A stretch of 64,000 bases of DNA from Thermomicrobiales bacterium (lineage in GTDB: Bacteria > Chloroflexota > Chloroflexia > Thermomicrobiales > CFX8). The stretch spans positions 3,078-67,077 of the forward strand of contig JBDHWD010000003.1 of the NCBI GenBank assembly GCA_039810005.1, in the 5' to 3' direction. How positions within the stretch are numbered: the stretch's first letter is position 1; each line of letters starts with the position of its first letter. Below the pieces are notes generated by a model, which ran no database searches, was not told where the DNA came from, and saw nothing but the letters and a program-made list of their open reading frames with translations. Positions 24,482-35,273 of the stretch are shown here, one piece after another. The translations under genes and the position numbers were made by a program.

Positions 24482-26611
24482 TTGAGCCGCAAGCAACGAC
24501 CCGGAGCACCATACCCACTCGGCGCAACCTGGGATGGACGGGGCACCAACTTCGCCGTCTATTCCGAAAACGCCACCAGCATGATCCTTTGCCTGTACGA
24601 TTCCGACGACCCAGCGAAAGAAACTGAGCGTTTCACCCTCACCGAGGTGACGGCGCACGTCTGGCACATCTGGCTCGCCGGCATTGGCCCCGGACAGCTC
24701 TACGGTTTCCGCGCCGATGGCGAGTACGCGCCGGAGCGCGGGCTGCGCTTCAACGTCAACAAGCTGCTCATCGACCCCTACGCCAAAGCGATCACCGGGC
24801 GCGTCGACTGGAATGCGCCGGTCTTCGGCTACGATCCGCAGCACGATGACGCCGATCTGTCGTTTGAGCCGAACGATAGCGCCTGGGGTATGCCCAAGGC
24901 GGTCGTGATTGACTCGGCGTTCGACTGGGGCAACGACAGAGCGCCGCAAATCCCCTGGCAGGACTCAGTCATCTACGAAACGCACGTCAAGGGCTTCAGC
25001 GCCACGCACCCGGACATCCCCGAGGACATTCGCGGCACCTACCTGGGCCTCGCGCACCCGGTGGCGATCAAATACCTGACCGATCTCGGCATCACCGCGG
25101 TCGAGCTGCTACCGGTTCATGGGTTCCTCGACGACCATCGGCTTGTCGAGCACGGATTGTCGAACTATTGGGGCTACAACACACTCACCTTCTTCGCGCC
25201 GGAAGCACGCTACGCCTGCGGAGATCGGGGCAGGCAGGTGCAGGATTTCAAGACGATGGTGCGCGCCCTCCATGAGGCCGGCATCGAGGTCATCCTCGAT
25301 GTGGTCTACAACCACACAGCCGAGGGCAGCGAGCTTGGCCCGACGCTCAGCATGCGCGGACTGGACAACGTCACCTACTATCGCGTCGATGGCGAGCAAC
25401 CGCGCTATTATGTCGATTACACCGGAACGGGTAATTCGCTCGACGCCCGCAACCCGCAGGTCCTGCAGCTCATCATGGACTCGTTGCGCTACTGGGTAAA
25501 CGACATGCACGTCGATGGCTTCCGCTTCGATCTCGCAGCGACGCTCGCCCGCGAGCTGCACGATGTCGACCGTCTGAGCGCGTTCTTCGACATCATCCAC
25601 CAGGATCCGGTCATCTCACAAGTGAAGCTCATTGCCGAGCCGTGGGATGTCGGCGAAGGTGGCTATCAGGTCGGGAACTTCCCGGTGCTCTGGACCGAGT
25701 GGAACGGGAAATATCGCGACACCGTTCGGCACTTCTGGCGCGGCGACATGGGCAAGATGGCCGACCTCGCCTATCGCCTGACCGGCTCAAGCGACCTGTA
25801 TCAGAGCGACGGTCGCAAGCCCTACGCGAGCATCAACTTCGTTACCGCACACGACGGCTTCACGCTGGCAGACCTCGTCTCCTACAACGAGAAGCACAAC
25901 GAGGCCAACGAAGAGGACAACCGCGACGGCACCAACGACAACATCTCGTGGAACCACGGGGTTGAGGGGCCGACCGACGACCCGGAAATCCTGGCGTTGC
26001 GCGCCCAGCAGCAGCGAAACCTGCTGGCAACCCTGCTCCTCTCGCAGGGTGTTCCGATGCTATCCGGCGGCGACGAGATCGGCCGCACGCAACACGGCAA
26101 CAACAACGCCTATTGTCAGGACAATGAGATTTCCTGGTACGACTGGAATCTGTCTGAAGCCGACACGACCCTTCTCACGTTCACGCGCGATCTGATCGCG
26201 TTCCGCAAGAAGCACCCGGTCCTGCGTCGTCGTCGCTTCTTTCAGGGCCGACGGGTGCAGGGATCGGACGTGCGCGACATCACCTGGATCCGGCCTGACG
26301 GCGGAGAGATGGCCGACACCGAGTGGCAGGAGGGCTGGATCAAGACCCTCGGCATGCGCCTCGGTGGCGATGCGCTCAACGAGGTGGACGAAAACGGCGA
26401 TCCCATCGTTGATGATACGTTGCTGATCCTGCTCTCAGCCTACGATGCACCGATCGACTTCGTCATGCCCGGTTTCAAGCCTGATGTTGTCTGGGAGCAG
26501 GTCTTCGACACGTCTGAAGTGAATGGCCGCGGCAAGACCAAAGAGTACCGCTTCGGCGAAACCTATCCGCTGGCCGGTCGTTCGATCGCCGTCCTCAGAC
26601 GGAAGGACTGA
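24482..26611 (+). CDS. glgX: Glycogen debranching enzyme (GH13, GlgX type)
   Basis: TTG start after GAGGAG. N-terminus [22 protein letters not shown]. Catalytic regions [32 protein letters not shown]. Confidence 0.9.
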   Translation: MSRKQRPGAPYPLGATWDGRGTNFAVYSENATSMILCLYDSDDPAKETERFTLTEVTAHVWHIWLAGIGPGQLYGFRADGEYAPERGLRFNVNKLLIDPYAKAITGRVDWNAPVFGYDPQHDDADLSFEPNDSAWGMPKAVVIDSAFDWGNDRAPQIPWQDSVIYETHVKGFSATHPDIPEDIRGTYLGLAHPVAIKYLTDLGITAVELLPVHGFLDDHRLVEHGLSNYWGYNTLTFFAPEARYACGDRGRQVQDFKTMVRALHEAGIEVILDVVYNHTAEGSELGPTLSMRGLDNVTYYRVDGEQPRYYVDYTGTGNSLDARNPQVLQLIMDSLRYWVNDMHVDGFRFDLAATLARELHDVDRLSAFFDIIHQDPVISQVKLIAEPWDVGEGGYQVGNFPVLWTEWNGKYRDTVRHFWRGDMGKMADLAYRLTGSSDLYQSDGRKPYASINFVTAHDGFTLADLVSYNEKHNEANEEDNRDGTNDNISWNHGVEGPTDDPEILALRAQQQRNLLATLLLSQGVPMLSGGDEIGRTQHGNNNAYCQDNEISWYDWNLSEADTTLLTFTRDLIAFRKKHPVLRRRRFFQGRRVQGSDVRDITWIRPDGGEMADTEWQEGWIKTLGMRLGGDALNEVDENGDPIVDDTLLILLSAYDAPIDFVMPGFKPDVVWEQVFDTSEVNGRGKTKEYRFGETYPLAGRSIAVLRRKD

Positions 26612-27701
26612 CCGCGCCATCCAGCCGGTCAACAACGTGAACGGCATCGGCCGGGACGACGCATTGCAGTCGATCGCCGCGGCCGATGCCGAGCCGGCGC
26701 ACGTCGCCACGCGTCACTCCGGCCTCAAGCCGACCGTCCCCGACGGCGAGCGTGACGGTCGCACGCGTGCCGTAATCGACGAGGTCGATGACCGTGCCGT
26801 CCAGCACTGTGTCCCGACCGTTGCATGTCGCCGTCTGGGAGAGGCGCAGCAGGTCTGGCCGGATGATGACATCGACAGGTCCGCTGCGTTGCGACGCGGC
26901 TGCGCGCAGTCGACCGATCGCGGTGACAACGACCGGGCCGGCTCCGTCGCACTCCAGCATACCCGGCAGGACGTTGCGCGCCTGAACGAGATCGGCTACC
27001 AGTCGATCGGCGGGCGCATCCAGAACACGCGCGACAGCGTCAAGCTGGCGTACCCGGCCTTCGATCATCACCGCCATCGTTGTGCCGACCGACACCGCTT
27101 CTTCCAGGTCGTGAGTGACGAAGATGACCGGCACAGCCAGCTCGCGCTGCATCTGCCGTAGCAGATCGCGCAGCTCGCGGCGTGTCGGCGCATCCAGCGC
27201 GGCGAGCGGCTCGTCGAGCAGCAGGACCTCGGAATCCGCGCTCACGGCACGGGCGATGGCGACGCGCTGCTGCTGCCCGCCGGAGAGCCGTGCAGGCGGC
27301 GCATCGGCGCGATCGGCAATGCCCACCATGTCGAGCAGTTCTCGCGCTCGCTTGCGCGCTTCGGAGCGACGCACGCCGCGACCAGCAACCATCGGATAAG
27401 CGACGTTATCGACCGCACTCAGGTGCGGAAAGAGCGCGTACTGCTGCGGAACGTATCCGACGCGGCGCTGTCGCGAATCGAGATTGATCCCAAGGCTGGT
27501 GTCGAGCAGCAGCCGCCCACCGAGCTCAATCTGGCCCGCGTCAACGCGCTCGATACCCGCAATCGTGCGCAGCAACATCGACTTCCCAGCGCCAGATGGG
27601 CCGAACAGCACGAGGATGCCGGCATCGACCGCAATCGAGACATCTAGTGCGAACAGCGCAAGCTGCCGGCGCACGCTCACCTTAAGCACGCGTCGCCGCA
27701 T
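26595..27701 (-). CDS. modC: ABC transporter ATP-binding protein, ModC/CysA type with C-terminal TOBE-like domain
   Basis: ORF track 26595..27935. Start trimmed to ATG 27701 (MRRRVLKV...), overlapping the permease stop. Walker A GPSGAGKS, signature LSGGQQQRV, Walker B LLLDEP. 3' end overlaps glgX by 17 nt (convergent). Confidence 0.8.
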   Translation of the reverse strand: MRRRVLKVSVRRQLALFALDVSIAVDAGILVLFGPSGAGKSMLLRTIAGIERVDAGQIELGGRLLLDTSLGINLDSRQRRVGYVPQQYALFPHLSAVDNVAYPMVAGRGVRRSEARKRARELLDMVGIADRADAPPARLSGGQQQRVAIARAVSADSEVLLLDEPLAALDAPTRRELRDLLRQMQRELAVPVIFVTHDLEEAVSVGTTMAVMIEGRVRQLDAVARVLDAPADRLVADLVQARNVLPGMLECDGAGPVVVTAIGRLRAAASQRSGPVDVIIRPDLLRLSQTATCNGRDTVLDGTVIDLVDYGTRATVTLAVGDGRLEAGVTRGDVRRLGIGRGDRLQCVVPADAVHVVDRLDGAVSPSV

Positions 27702-28563
27702 CCGATGCCACATTGCCAGCGCTGTGCCGAACGAGGTACTTGAACACAAACAGAACCGTGAACGACACGACGACGAGGATGATCGAGAGCGCCAGCGCTG
27801 CGTCGAGCTTGCCCGACTCAAGCGTCTGATAGATTGCCAGCGGCATCGTCTGCGTCCGACCGGCGAAGTTGCCGGCAAACATGAGCGTCGCACCGAACTC
27901 GCCGAGCGCCCGCGCCCAGGCCATGACTGCACCACCGAGCAGGGCCGGCAGCGCCAGCGGAATCGTCACTGTCCGAAAGATCGTCACCCGGCTCGCGCCG
28001 AGCGTTCCGGCGACCTCTTCCAGACCCGGGTCGATCGACTCGAACCCGGCGCGCGCCGACCGCACGTAGAACGGAATCGCAACGAACGTCTGAGCGATCA
28101 CGACCGCCAGCGTGGTGAACGGGATCTCGATCCCGATGTCCGACAGAAATGGCCCGACCACGCCACGACGACCGAACGCCATCAACAGGGCGACACCGGC
28201 AACAGCCGGCGGCAGGACCATCGGCAGATCGACCAGCGTATCCAGCAACTGATGGCCGCGAAAGCGATAGCGCGCCAACAGATAGGCAACCGGGGTACCG
28301 AGGAGCAGGACAAGGACGAGCGAAATCCCGGTCGTCAGGAGCGAAAGCGTCAGTGCCTGCCGAACAACGTCATTCTCAATGACGGTGGCCAGCGCTCCGG
28401 CCGGGATACCGCGAATGAAGATCGCCGCGAGCGGCAGTGCGAGGAAGGCCACCAGCGCGAAGCTCGCAAACACGAGAATCGCCCGGGCCGACGTCGCGAC
28501 ACCCAGGCGACGCCAGCCGCTGGCCTGCGGCTCCACCCTCGGAGCCGGGACTACGTCATGCAT
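27682..28563 (-). CDS. modB: ABC transporter permease, ModB/CysT family (molybdate/sulfate type)
   Basis: Multi-pass membrane protein with EAA-type loop IDPGLEEVAGTLGASRVTIFRTVTIPLALPAL and the C-terminal motif ARALGEFGATLMFAGN typical of ModB. Confidence 0.8.
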   Translation of the reverse strand: MHDVVPAPRVEPQASGWRRLGVATSARAILVFASFALVAFLALPLAAIFIRGIPAGALATVIENDVVRQALTLSLLTTGISLVLVLLLGTPVAYLLARYRFRGHQLLDTLVDLPMVLPPAVAGVALLMAFGRRGVVGPFLSDIGIEIPFTTLAVVIAQTFVAIPFYVRSARAGFESIDPGLEEVAGTLGASRVTIFRTVTIPLALPALLGGAVMAWARALGEFGATLMFAGNFAGRTQTMPLAIYQTLESGKLDAALALSIILVVVSFTVLFVFKYLVRHSAGNVASDAATRA

Positions 28564-28578
28564 CGTCGTGTTCGCTCG

Positions 28579-29094
28579 TCATAGGACCACATGCTCGGAC
28601 GCGCGATCCAGCCACTTCAGCAGGGCGGTGTTCTGTGCCAGCCGCATTTCGAGCACGAGGCGCCGAAAGTCGTCGTCCTCCGCATCATGCTGGGCACGCA
28701 GCGAGGACACAAACCCCTTGCATACTTCGCGCTGGTCCCTGATGAGCTGCGCCGCGTCGCCTCGCCCGATCAGGCGGGCGATGTAGAGTTTCATCAGGAA
28801 CTCCAGCCGAAGGTCGCGCGTGCGCTCGACCGGCTCAGCGAGCCATGCATCGAGCGTCGTCTCTCCTTGCGGCGTCAGCACCAGCATGCGCCGCGGCGGC
28901 CGGGTCCCCTGTGGCTGGACGCTCGACTGCACCAGGCCTTCTCGCTCGAGCTTCTTGATGTTGGCGTAGAGCAGGCTAGGCTCGAGACGGACAATGTCGC
29001 CGAGGACCGTGTCAGGGGAAAACTCGCGTGTCAGATCATAGCCATGTCGCGGCCCCTGTCGCAGCAGTCCGAGCAAGACCATTTCGACTGCCAT
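28579..29094 (-). CDS. PadR-family transcriptional regulator
   Basis: N-terminal winged-helix pattern LLGLLRQGPRHGYDLTREF ... LYANIKKLEREGLV. Confidence 0.8.
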   Translation of the reverse strand: MAVEMVLLGLLRQGPRHGYDLTREFSPDTVLGDIVRLEPSLLYANIKKLEREGLVQSSVQPQGTRPPRRMLVLTPQGETTLDAWLAEPVERTRDLRLEFLMKLYIARLIGRGDAAQLIRDQREVCKGFVSSLRAQHDAEDDDFRRLVLEMRLAQNTALLKWLDRASEHVVL

Positions 29095-29121
29095 CGGTGA
29101 CCATCCAATCGCTAGTCACAT

Positions 29122-29138
29122 GGTGATTAGTTATCACC
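29122..29138. promoter_or_regulatory. Inverted repeat GGTGAT-N5-ATCACC, candidate PadR operator
   Basis: atGGTGATtagttATCACCta, 28 nt upstream of the padR start (29094), in the divergent intergenic region shared with the M50 protease gene. Confidence 0.4.
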
Positions 29139-29248
29139 TATAGTACCGTGTCGCGCCACGGCTCACCATTGACCAACGGCGTGTATGCTGCGATCGTACG
29201 TATCCCGAAGATGCTTACACGCGCGCTGAAGCGAAGGGATGAATCCAG

Positions 29249-30403
29249 ATGGATGCGTCGATCGGCATCGGTTCGATTCGCGGGATTCGCCTCGGCATCC
29301 ACTACAGCTGGTTTATCGTACTGATCGTCTTTTCGTACCTGCTGTCCGAGGGACAGTTCCCGAATCAGTTCGAGGGCTGGACACGAACGCAATACTGGGT
29401 CGTTGGTGTCGCGACGGTCATCCTGCTATTCGCCTCAGTGCTCGTCCACGAGCTGGCGCACTCGGTCGTCGCCCAGACGCGCGGCATCGAGGTTGTGGGC
29501 ATCACACTGTTCATCTTCGGCGGCGTCGCCCAACTGTCCGAAGACTCCGACGAACCGGGCGAGGAATTCGCCATCGCTATCGCCGGGCCGCTCGCATCGC
29601 TGGGGCTTGCCGGGCTGTTTGGCGGCCTCTGGTACCTGCTGCGCGATTCCAACGAGCAGCTCGGCGCGCTGCTGGGCTATCTGGCGGTCGTCAATACCAT
29701 CCTGGCCGTCTTCAATCTCATTCCGGGATTCCCGCTCGACGGTGGTCGCGTGTTGCGGGCCATCCTCTGGAAGATCACCGGCAATGTACGCCGCGCCACC
29801 CGTATCGTCTCGGTGATCGGCACGCTGGTGGGCACGCTCTTCTTCATGCTCGGCATCATCTCGGCGCTGAGTGGCAACCTGATCAACGGGCTCTGGTACA
29901 TCGCCCTCGGCTGGTTCATGCAGAACGCTGCGCAGGGCGGCTACCGCGATGTCGAGCTTCGCGAGCTACTGTCCGGCCACGTCGTGTCCGAGGTCATGGA
30001 CGCCGCGCCGGTCGTCGTGCGGAGCGGGTTGAGTGTCAGCGAGCTGGTCGATGACTGGTTTCTGGCCCGCAACCTTCGCGGCGCGCCGGTCGTGACGAAC
30101 GACTGGTTCGAGGGCATCGTGACGATTTCGGATGTGCGCACCATACCGCGCGAGCAGTGGGATCAGACTGTCGTCCGCGCGATCATGACGCCGCGCGAGC
30201 GCGTGTATTCCGTCGCACCAACAGATAGCGTCGAGACGGCGCTCCGTCTGCTGTCGGAGCACGACGTCGACCAACTGCCGGTGCTCGACGATGGTCAGCT
30301 CGTTGGGCTGCTGCGCCGCTCATCGCTGGTGCGGTTTGTGCACCTCCAGCAGGCGCTCGGCTCTCAGGAAGCACGGCGCATTCCAGCTGCGTCAGGAGGT
30401 TGA
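29249..30403 (+). CDS. M50-family (site-2 protease type) metalloprotease with tandem CBS domains
   Basis: HELAHSVVA (HExxH) in a TM helix and NLIPGFPLDGGR (second metal-ligand motif). C-terminal CBS pair (VMDAAPVVV... / HDVDQLPVLDDGQLVGLL). Confidence 0.85.
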   Translation: MDASIGIGSIRGIRLGIHYSWFIVLIVFSYLLSEGQFPNQFEGWTRTQYWVVGVATVILLFASVLVHELAHSVVAQTRGIEVVGITLFIFGGVAQLSEDSDEPGEEFAIAIAGPLASLGLAGLFGGLWYLLRDSNEQLGALLGYLAVVNTILAVFNLIPGFPLDGGRVLRAILWKITGNVRRATRIVSVIGTLVGTLFFMLGIISALSGNLINGLWYIALGWFMQNAAQGGYRDVELRELLSGHVVSEVMDAAPVVVRSGLSVSELVDDWFLARNLRGAPVVTNDWFEGIVTISDVRTIPREQWDQTVVRAIMTPRERVYSVAPTDSVETALRLLSEHDVDQLPVLDDGQLVGLLRRSSLVRFVHLQQALGSQEARRIPAASGG

Positions 30404-30404
30404 A

Positions 30405-31403
30405 GTGGAGACGCGTATCGCGGGAACCAGTGAGCTTCGGTTAACGCGGATCGGCCTCGGCCTGGCGGCGTTGGGACGGCCGGGCTATGTCAACCTCGGC
30501 CACGCTGCCGACCTGGACCGCGACTACGACATCGCGGCGATGCGGGACCACGCTGCGAGCGTCCTCGACGCAGCCTGGAACGCCGGCATTCGCTACATTG
30601 ATACGGCACGCTCGTACGGCCGCGCTGAGGAGTTCCTCGCCCACTGGCTCGCAACTCGCGGACGTCGGCCCGAGCAGGTTACGATCGGATCGAAGTGGGG
30701 CTACACCTACACGGCCGACTGGCGCACCGACGCCGATGTCCATGAGGTCAAGGACCACACCCTGCCAACCCTCCAACGACAGATCGAAGAATCCGTCGCT
30801 ACTCTCGGCGACTGGATCGACCTGTACCAGATCCACTCGGCGACGATCGACTCTGGCGTGCTGGATCGAGCCGACGTCCTCGACGCGCTGGCGATGCTGC
30901 GTGCGGATCGCGGCTGGGCGATCGGGCTGTCGTTGAGCGGTGCGAGCTCGCGCGAGACGCTCGAACGCGCGCTAACAGTCGAGCGCGACGGAGTCCGCCT
31001 CTTCACCGCCGTGCAGGCAACCTGGAACATCCTGGAACCGTCGCTCTCCGCCATCCTCGCTGAGGCGCATCGCGCGGGGCTGGCGGTCATCGCCAAGGAG
31101 ACGCTGGCCAACGGGCGACTGACCGACCGCAACGACGACGCAGCGTTTGCTCCGTCACGCGCCGTCCTTGAGGCACATGCCGGGCGACTCGGCTGCTCAA
31201 TCGATCAGCTCGCGCTGGCAGCAGTATTGGACAACGCCTGGGTCGATTGCGTCCTGTCAGGCGCAGCAACGATCGCGCAGCTTGAGTCCAACATCGGCGC
31301 TATGGCGATCAACCTCGACGACGACGCTCGTTCCGCACTGGCGGCGCTTGCCGAAAGCCCGGCCAAGTACTGGAGTAAACGCGGCGAGCTGGAGTGGAAC
31401 TGA
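30405..31403 (+). CDS. Aldo/keto reductase
   Basis: ORF track 30291..31403. GTG 30405 follows AGGAGG, 1 nt after the upstream stop. Motifs RIGLGLAALG, IDTARSYG, YQIHS. Confidence 0.8.
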   Translation: METRIAGTSELRLTRIGLGLAALGRPGYVNLGHAADLDRDYDIAAMRDHAASVLDAAWNAGIRYIDTARSYGRAEEFLAHWLATRGRRPEQVTIGSKWGYTYTADWRTDADVHEVKDHTLPTLQRQIEESVATLGDWIDLYQIHSATIDSGVLDRADVLDALAMLRADRGWAIGLSLSGASSRETLERALTVERDGVRLFTAVQATWNILEPSLSAILAEAHRAGLAVIAKETLANGRLTDRNDDAAFAPSRAVLEAHAGRLGCSIDQLALAAVLDNAWVDCVLSGAATIAQLESNIGAMAINLDDDARSALAALAESPAKYWSKRGELEWN

Positions 31404-31476
31404 CGCGCCGATTCTCCTCATCTCCTGATACTGTTGCATCTGCGAGATTTCGGATGGCGGACAGAGAGGGACACCA

Positions 31477-32352
31477 ATGACCGATCGGGCCTGGGGCGGG
31501 AACACCATGGCGGGCAAGCTGGAGCGGGTACTCGTCTATCCTCCGGTTCCACCCGATCCGTCTGTTTCGTGGGAAGAATTCGGCTATCTTCGGCCGCTCG
31601 ACCACGACCTGGCCGTCTCGGAGCATGCCGCCTTCCGTCGCATCCTTGCGGACGCGGGCATCGAAGTCATCACTGGCGAAATCGACGACGCTCGCCTGCA
31701 GGATGGCATCTTCGGCTTCGATCCGGTGTTCACCACCAACGCCGGCGCTGTGCTGGCGCGGATGGGCAAGCCGCTCCGTGAGGCAGAAGTCGATCTGGCC
31801 GAGCGCACAATGGAGGAGATTGGCGTGCCGATCGCCGGTCGCATCGAAGCGCCGGGGACGCTGGAGGGCGGCGACTGCCTCTGGATCGACGCCCGGACGC
31901 TGGCGATCGGTCGCGGCTACCGCACCAATGAATCCGGCATCCAGCAGATGCGCGCTATCCTCGCGCCATCGGGCGTCGAGGTCATTGGATACGATCTGCC
32001 GTATTGGCACGGCCCTGACGAATGCCTGCATCTGCTGTCGATGATCAGCATGATCGACGACGACCTCGCGATCGTCTACCGGCCGCTCATGCCGGTTGCT
32101 CTCGTTCAGCTCCTCGAAGAGCGCGGGATCGAGATGGTCGAGATCCCGGACGAGGAATTCGCGACACAGGGCTGCAATGTACTCGCGCTTGGCCCACGCC
32201 ACTGTGTCGTGCTACGCGAGAACACCGTTAGTGCCGAGCGGATGCGCGCAGCAGGCTGCACGGTCATCACCTACGCGGGTGATGAGATTTCGCACAATCG
32301 CACCGGTGGGCCGACCTGCCTGACGCGCCCGATCCTGCGGCGCGAGGGCTGA
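31477..32352 (+). CDS. Amidinotransferase-fold enzyme (dimethylarginine dimethylaminohydrolase / arginine deiminase-like)
   Basis: Motifs LEGGDCLWI, IGRGYRTN, HLLSMISMID and C-terminal catalytic-Cys context GGPTCLTRPI. Confidence 0.7.
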   Translation: MTDRAWGGNTMAGKLERVLVYPPVPPDPSVSWEEFGYLRPLDHDLAVSEHAAFRRILADAGIEVITGEIDDARLQDGIFGFDPVFTTNAGAVLARMGKPLREAEVDLAERTMEEIGVPIAGRIEAPGTLEGGDCLWIDARTLAIGRGYRTNESGIQQMRAILAPSGVEVIGYDLPYWHGPDECLHLLSMISMIDDDLAIVYRPLMPVALVQLLEERGIEMVEIPDEEFATQGCNVLALGPRHCVVLRENTVSAERMRAAGCTVITYAGDEISHNRTGGPTCLTRPILRREG

Positions 32353-32388
32353 GCACTCGAGCATTGCCCGTGATCCATTGCGGTACAC

Positions 32389-32433
32389 TTCGGCGGCGCT
32401 GCGGCGAAACATGCCGCTGCCGCCGAAAATTTC
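32389..32433 (+). terminator. Two-tier GC hairpin followed by AATTT (terminator candidate)
   Basis: TTCGGCGGC gct GCGGC gaaacat GCCGC t GCCGCCGAA aatttcg, 37 nt after the stop at 32352. Confidence 0.55.
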
Positions 32434-32481
32434 GATCGCAGATTCGTTCCGCATCGCGCCAACATTGGATCTCCATCTCCT

Positions 32482-34332
32482 ATGTCAACAGCTCCATCTC
32501 CATTGCGAAAGCTCCTGAGTACCGCTGACCGCGTACGTCCGGGAGGCAGCCGCCGCGAAGGGCACGACCCGAACCTGCTGCGTCTCGAGCGCATCGCCTG
32601 GCTGGCGGCTATCGGTATTCTCCTGCTGTTTGTTGCCGGGGTTGTCGGTGTGCAGCTGGACGGACAAGGTAAGGCGCGCACCGGCGTGCATGCCCTCGGC
32701 GTGGACCTGAGTGGCATGAACCGCGATGAGGCGTTCGCCGCAGTCTCGACGGCCGCAAACGCGCAGATGTCGGAACCGCTTACGCTCACGGATGGCGATA
32801 ATTCGTGGACCGTCAGCGCCGCCGACCTGGGACTGACCATAGACGCTAACGGGATCGTGGACGATGCGCTCAAAGTCGGCCACGAAGGCATTGGACCGTC
32901 GCGGCTCGGCATCCTCTGGCGCTTCCGCGATGATCCATATGTCGTTGGGCAGGATCGCCTCGGCGTTGACCGCAGCCTTCTCGATCAGCAGCTGCAATCG
33001 CTTGCCGGCGCAATCCAGCAATCGCGCGTCGATGGTCAGCTTGAGGTTGCGCCATCCGGCGTGACCTGGGTAGCGCCAGTCGTTGGGCGGGAACTGGATA
33101 TTCCGGCGAGCGACGCAGCCATTATGAACGCACTGTCGAGCGGCACAGATACAGTTAGCCTCGTTGTTGCAGAGGATCCGCCGCCGGCGACGCTCGCCCA
33201 GTACATCGACGCCCGCGACCAGCTCACTCGTATCTGGGATGCCCCGATTGAGCTCGTCGCCGCTGACCAGACCTGGACGCTGACACCCGACCTGATCGCT
33301 ATTCACCTGTCGCTGACGCAGCCTGCTGACGGCAACCCGGCGGTCCTCAATCTCGACGAGGAATGGCTCAACGCTGTCGTCCGCGAAATTTCGATCGGCA
33401 CCGATTCAACGCCGAAGAGCGCGCGGGCCTGGTGGGGCGATGGCGGAGCGCTGGTCAAGATCCGCGACGCCGAGGCCGGCAGGGACATGGACGAAGACGC
33501 TGCTTACACGCTCATCAAGGACGCATTCACCGGCCACTCCGATGCGAACAGAATCGACCTGCCGGTCGCCCTCATCGATCCGCCGGAGCAGCCGGCGGAT
33601 TTCGCCTCGATTAATGTGTCAACGTTGCTGGCCAGCTCCAGCACGACATACGGCGGTGGTCTCGCCGAGCGGTCGCACAATATCGAGCTTGCAGCCAGCC
33701 TGCTGAACGGCGCGCTCATCTTCCCTGGCGAGACATTCTCGTTCAACTCTGAGGTCGGCCCGACGACTGTCGAGGCCGGCTGGCAGATCGCCTACGGCAT
33801 CGCTGAGACAGACGGACAGGTCACGACCGTTCCGGCAGAAGCTGGTGGCATTTGCCAGGTCGCAACGACAGTCTTCCAGCCGGTCTTCTTCAGTGGCTTC
33901 CGGATCGACCAGCGCGCCAGCCATTCATACTGGATTCCGCGCTATGCCTATCAGGGCAACGTCGGCATCGACGCCGCCGTCGAGTCGACAGTCGGCCTCG
34001 ACCTGCGCTGGACGAATGACGGACCATCGCCGGTTCTGCTGGAGGTCTACGCCGATGGGCAGACCCTGTCGGTCAACCTCTACGGCGCTCCGCTCCCGTG
34101 GAGTGTCGAAGTTGATCCGCCGGTTGTGACGAATGTCGTCACCGCTGATCCAACCATTCACTATCAGGAGACTGATACGCTGCCGACCGGCAGCCAGCGC
34201 GCTGTCGAGACGGCGCAGGACGGCTTCGACGTGACCGTCACTCGCCGGGTGATTCAGGGCGACAACGTCATTTCCGAGGACTTCTCGACGACCTACACGC
34301 CGGCTCAGAACCTCGTCCTTGTCGGTGCCTGA
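32482..34332 (+). CDS. VanW-family protein with N-terminal TM anchor and C-terminal G5-like region
   Basis: TM IAWLAAIGILLLFVAGVVGV. VanW core PGETFSFNSEVGPTTVEAGWQIAYGI ... GGICQVATTVF. Confidence 0.8.
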   Translation: MSTAPSPLRKLLSTADRVRPGGSRREGHDPNLLRLERIAWLAAIGILLLFVAGVVGVQLDGQGKARTGVHALGVDLSGMNRDEAFAAVSTAANAQMSEPLTLTDGDNSWTVSAADLGLTIDANGIVDDALKVGHEGIGPSRLGILWRFRDDPYVVGQDRLGVDRSLLDQQLQSLAGAIQQSRVDGQLEVAPSGVTWVAPVVGRELDIPASDAAIMNALSSGTDTVSLVVAEDPPPATLAQYIDARDQLTRIWDAPIELVAADQTWTLTPDLIAIHLSLTQPADGNPAVLNLDEEWLNAVVREISIGTDSTPKSARAWWGDGGALVKIRDAEAGRDMDEDAAYTLIKDAFTGHSDANRIDLPVALIDPPEQPADFASINVSTLLASSSTTYGGGLAERSHNIELAASLLNGALIFPGETFSFNSEVGPTTVEAGWQIAYGIAETDGQVTTVPAEAGGICQVATTVFQPVFFSGFRIDQRASHSYWIPRYAYQGNVGIDAAVESTVGLDLRWTNDGPSPVLLEVYADGQTLSVNLYGAPLPWSVEVDPPVVTNVVTADPTIHYQETDTLPTGSQRAVETAQDGFDVTVTRRVIQGDNVISEDFSTTYTPAQNLVLVGA

Positions 34333-34544
34333 TCGGCGCTCGGACGCGATTCTGACACCGGAGTGGCCCGAATTCGGAGTGACACTCCGACACATCGCGG
34401 CGATCAGCGGTTATACTAGCCACACGGCAGCGCGTCGTCAGGCACGGACATGTAGGGGTCGGCACAGTGTGCCCGTCCGGTGCCACTGGGTTTGACGCGC
34501 GACATTCGTTTGAAACGCAATGACGGTTGGGGAGGCAGCGGCGG

Positions 34545-35159
34545 ATGAGCGGACTGACGCTCCTGACGGTGATACTTGTTGTGGCTGTCCTCGTCTGGCT
34601 TGCCCAACTCGTCTGGCTCTTCAGGTTCGCCGAGCAGCATCGGGCTGATCCTTTCAGAATCGTCTCCGGTGCGGCGATATTCTTCGTCGCGGCCGCCCCC
34701 GTCGCCATGAACAGCCCGCAGATCGTCGAGCGCGTTGCTGACTTCTGGGATCGCCTGTTCGGCAGTCGCCCGCAGGCAGTCGAGTCTCCGCGCGTGCCGG
34801 CGCGCTTGCTGATTAATGGCGAGCAGATTCCGCTCGACCAGCAGCGTATGCGGATTGGGCGCTACCCCAACAATGAGATCGTGCTCGATCACCCAACGGT
34901 TTCCGCGTATCACGCCGACATTGTCGAGCGCCCGGACGGTCGTCACGAGATCCACGATAACGGCAGCCGCAACGGCACACGGGTGAACGGCGACATCGTG
35001 ACCAACCGCGCCCTGCGCGACGGCGACCTGATTACGCTCGGCGCAGCGTCGATGCACTACCTCGGGTCGTCCAGCCGTGAGACAGAGGCTGCGATGGCGG
35101 CCGATTATCGCCGGCGCGAACCGCAATACGAGGACGATCACTACGATCGTGGGCGATAG
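34545..35159 (+). CDS. Membrane-anchored FHA-domain protein
   Basis: ORF track 34527..35159. ATG 34545 follows GGGGAGG. TM LTLLTVILVVAVLVWLAQLVWL. FHA core MRIGRYPNNEIVLDHPTVSAYHADIV ... DNGSRNGTRVNG. Confidence 0.8.
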   Translation: MSGLTLLTVILVVAVLVWLAQLVWLFRFAEQHRADPFRIVSGAAIFFVAAAPVAMNSPQIVERVADFWDRLFGSRPQAVESPRVPARLLINGEQIPLDQQRMRIGRYPNNEIVLDHPTVSAYHADIVERPDGRHEIHDNGSRNGTRVNGDIVTNRALRDGDLITLGAASMHYLGSSSRETEAAMAADYRRREPQYEDDHYDRGR

Positions 35160-35273
35160 CTCTCCGCATTCAATTCACGTCTTCTATCGCGATGCGATAG
35201 CCATTTGCGTATGATAGGTGCAGGCGTCCTGTCGCCTTTCCTTTCGCGTCACTCACGTTAGGCCAAAGCGTTC

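Noticed and set aside
35160-35273. yybP-ykoY (manganese) riboswitch upstream of the TerC-family gene
   Set aside because: TerC genes often carry this riboswitch, but the conserved GGGGAGTAG / GAGACC elements are absent. Only a small inverted repeat CTATCGC gat GCGATAG (35184-35200) is present.
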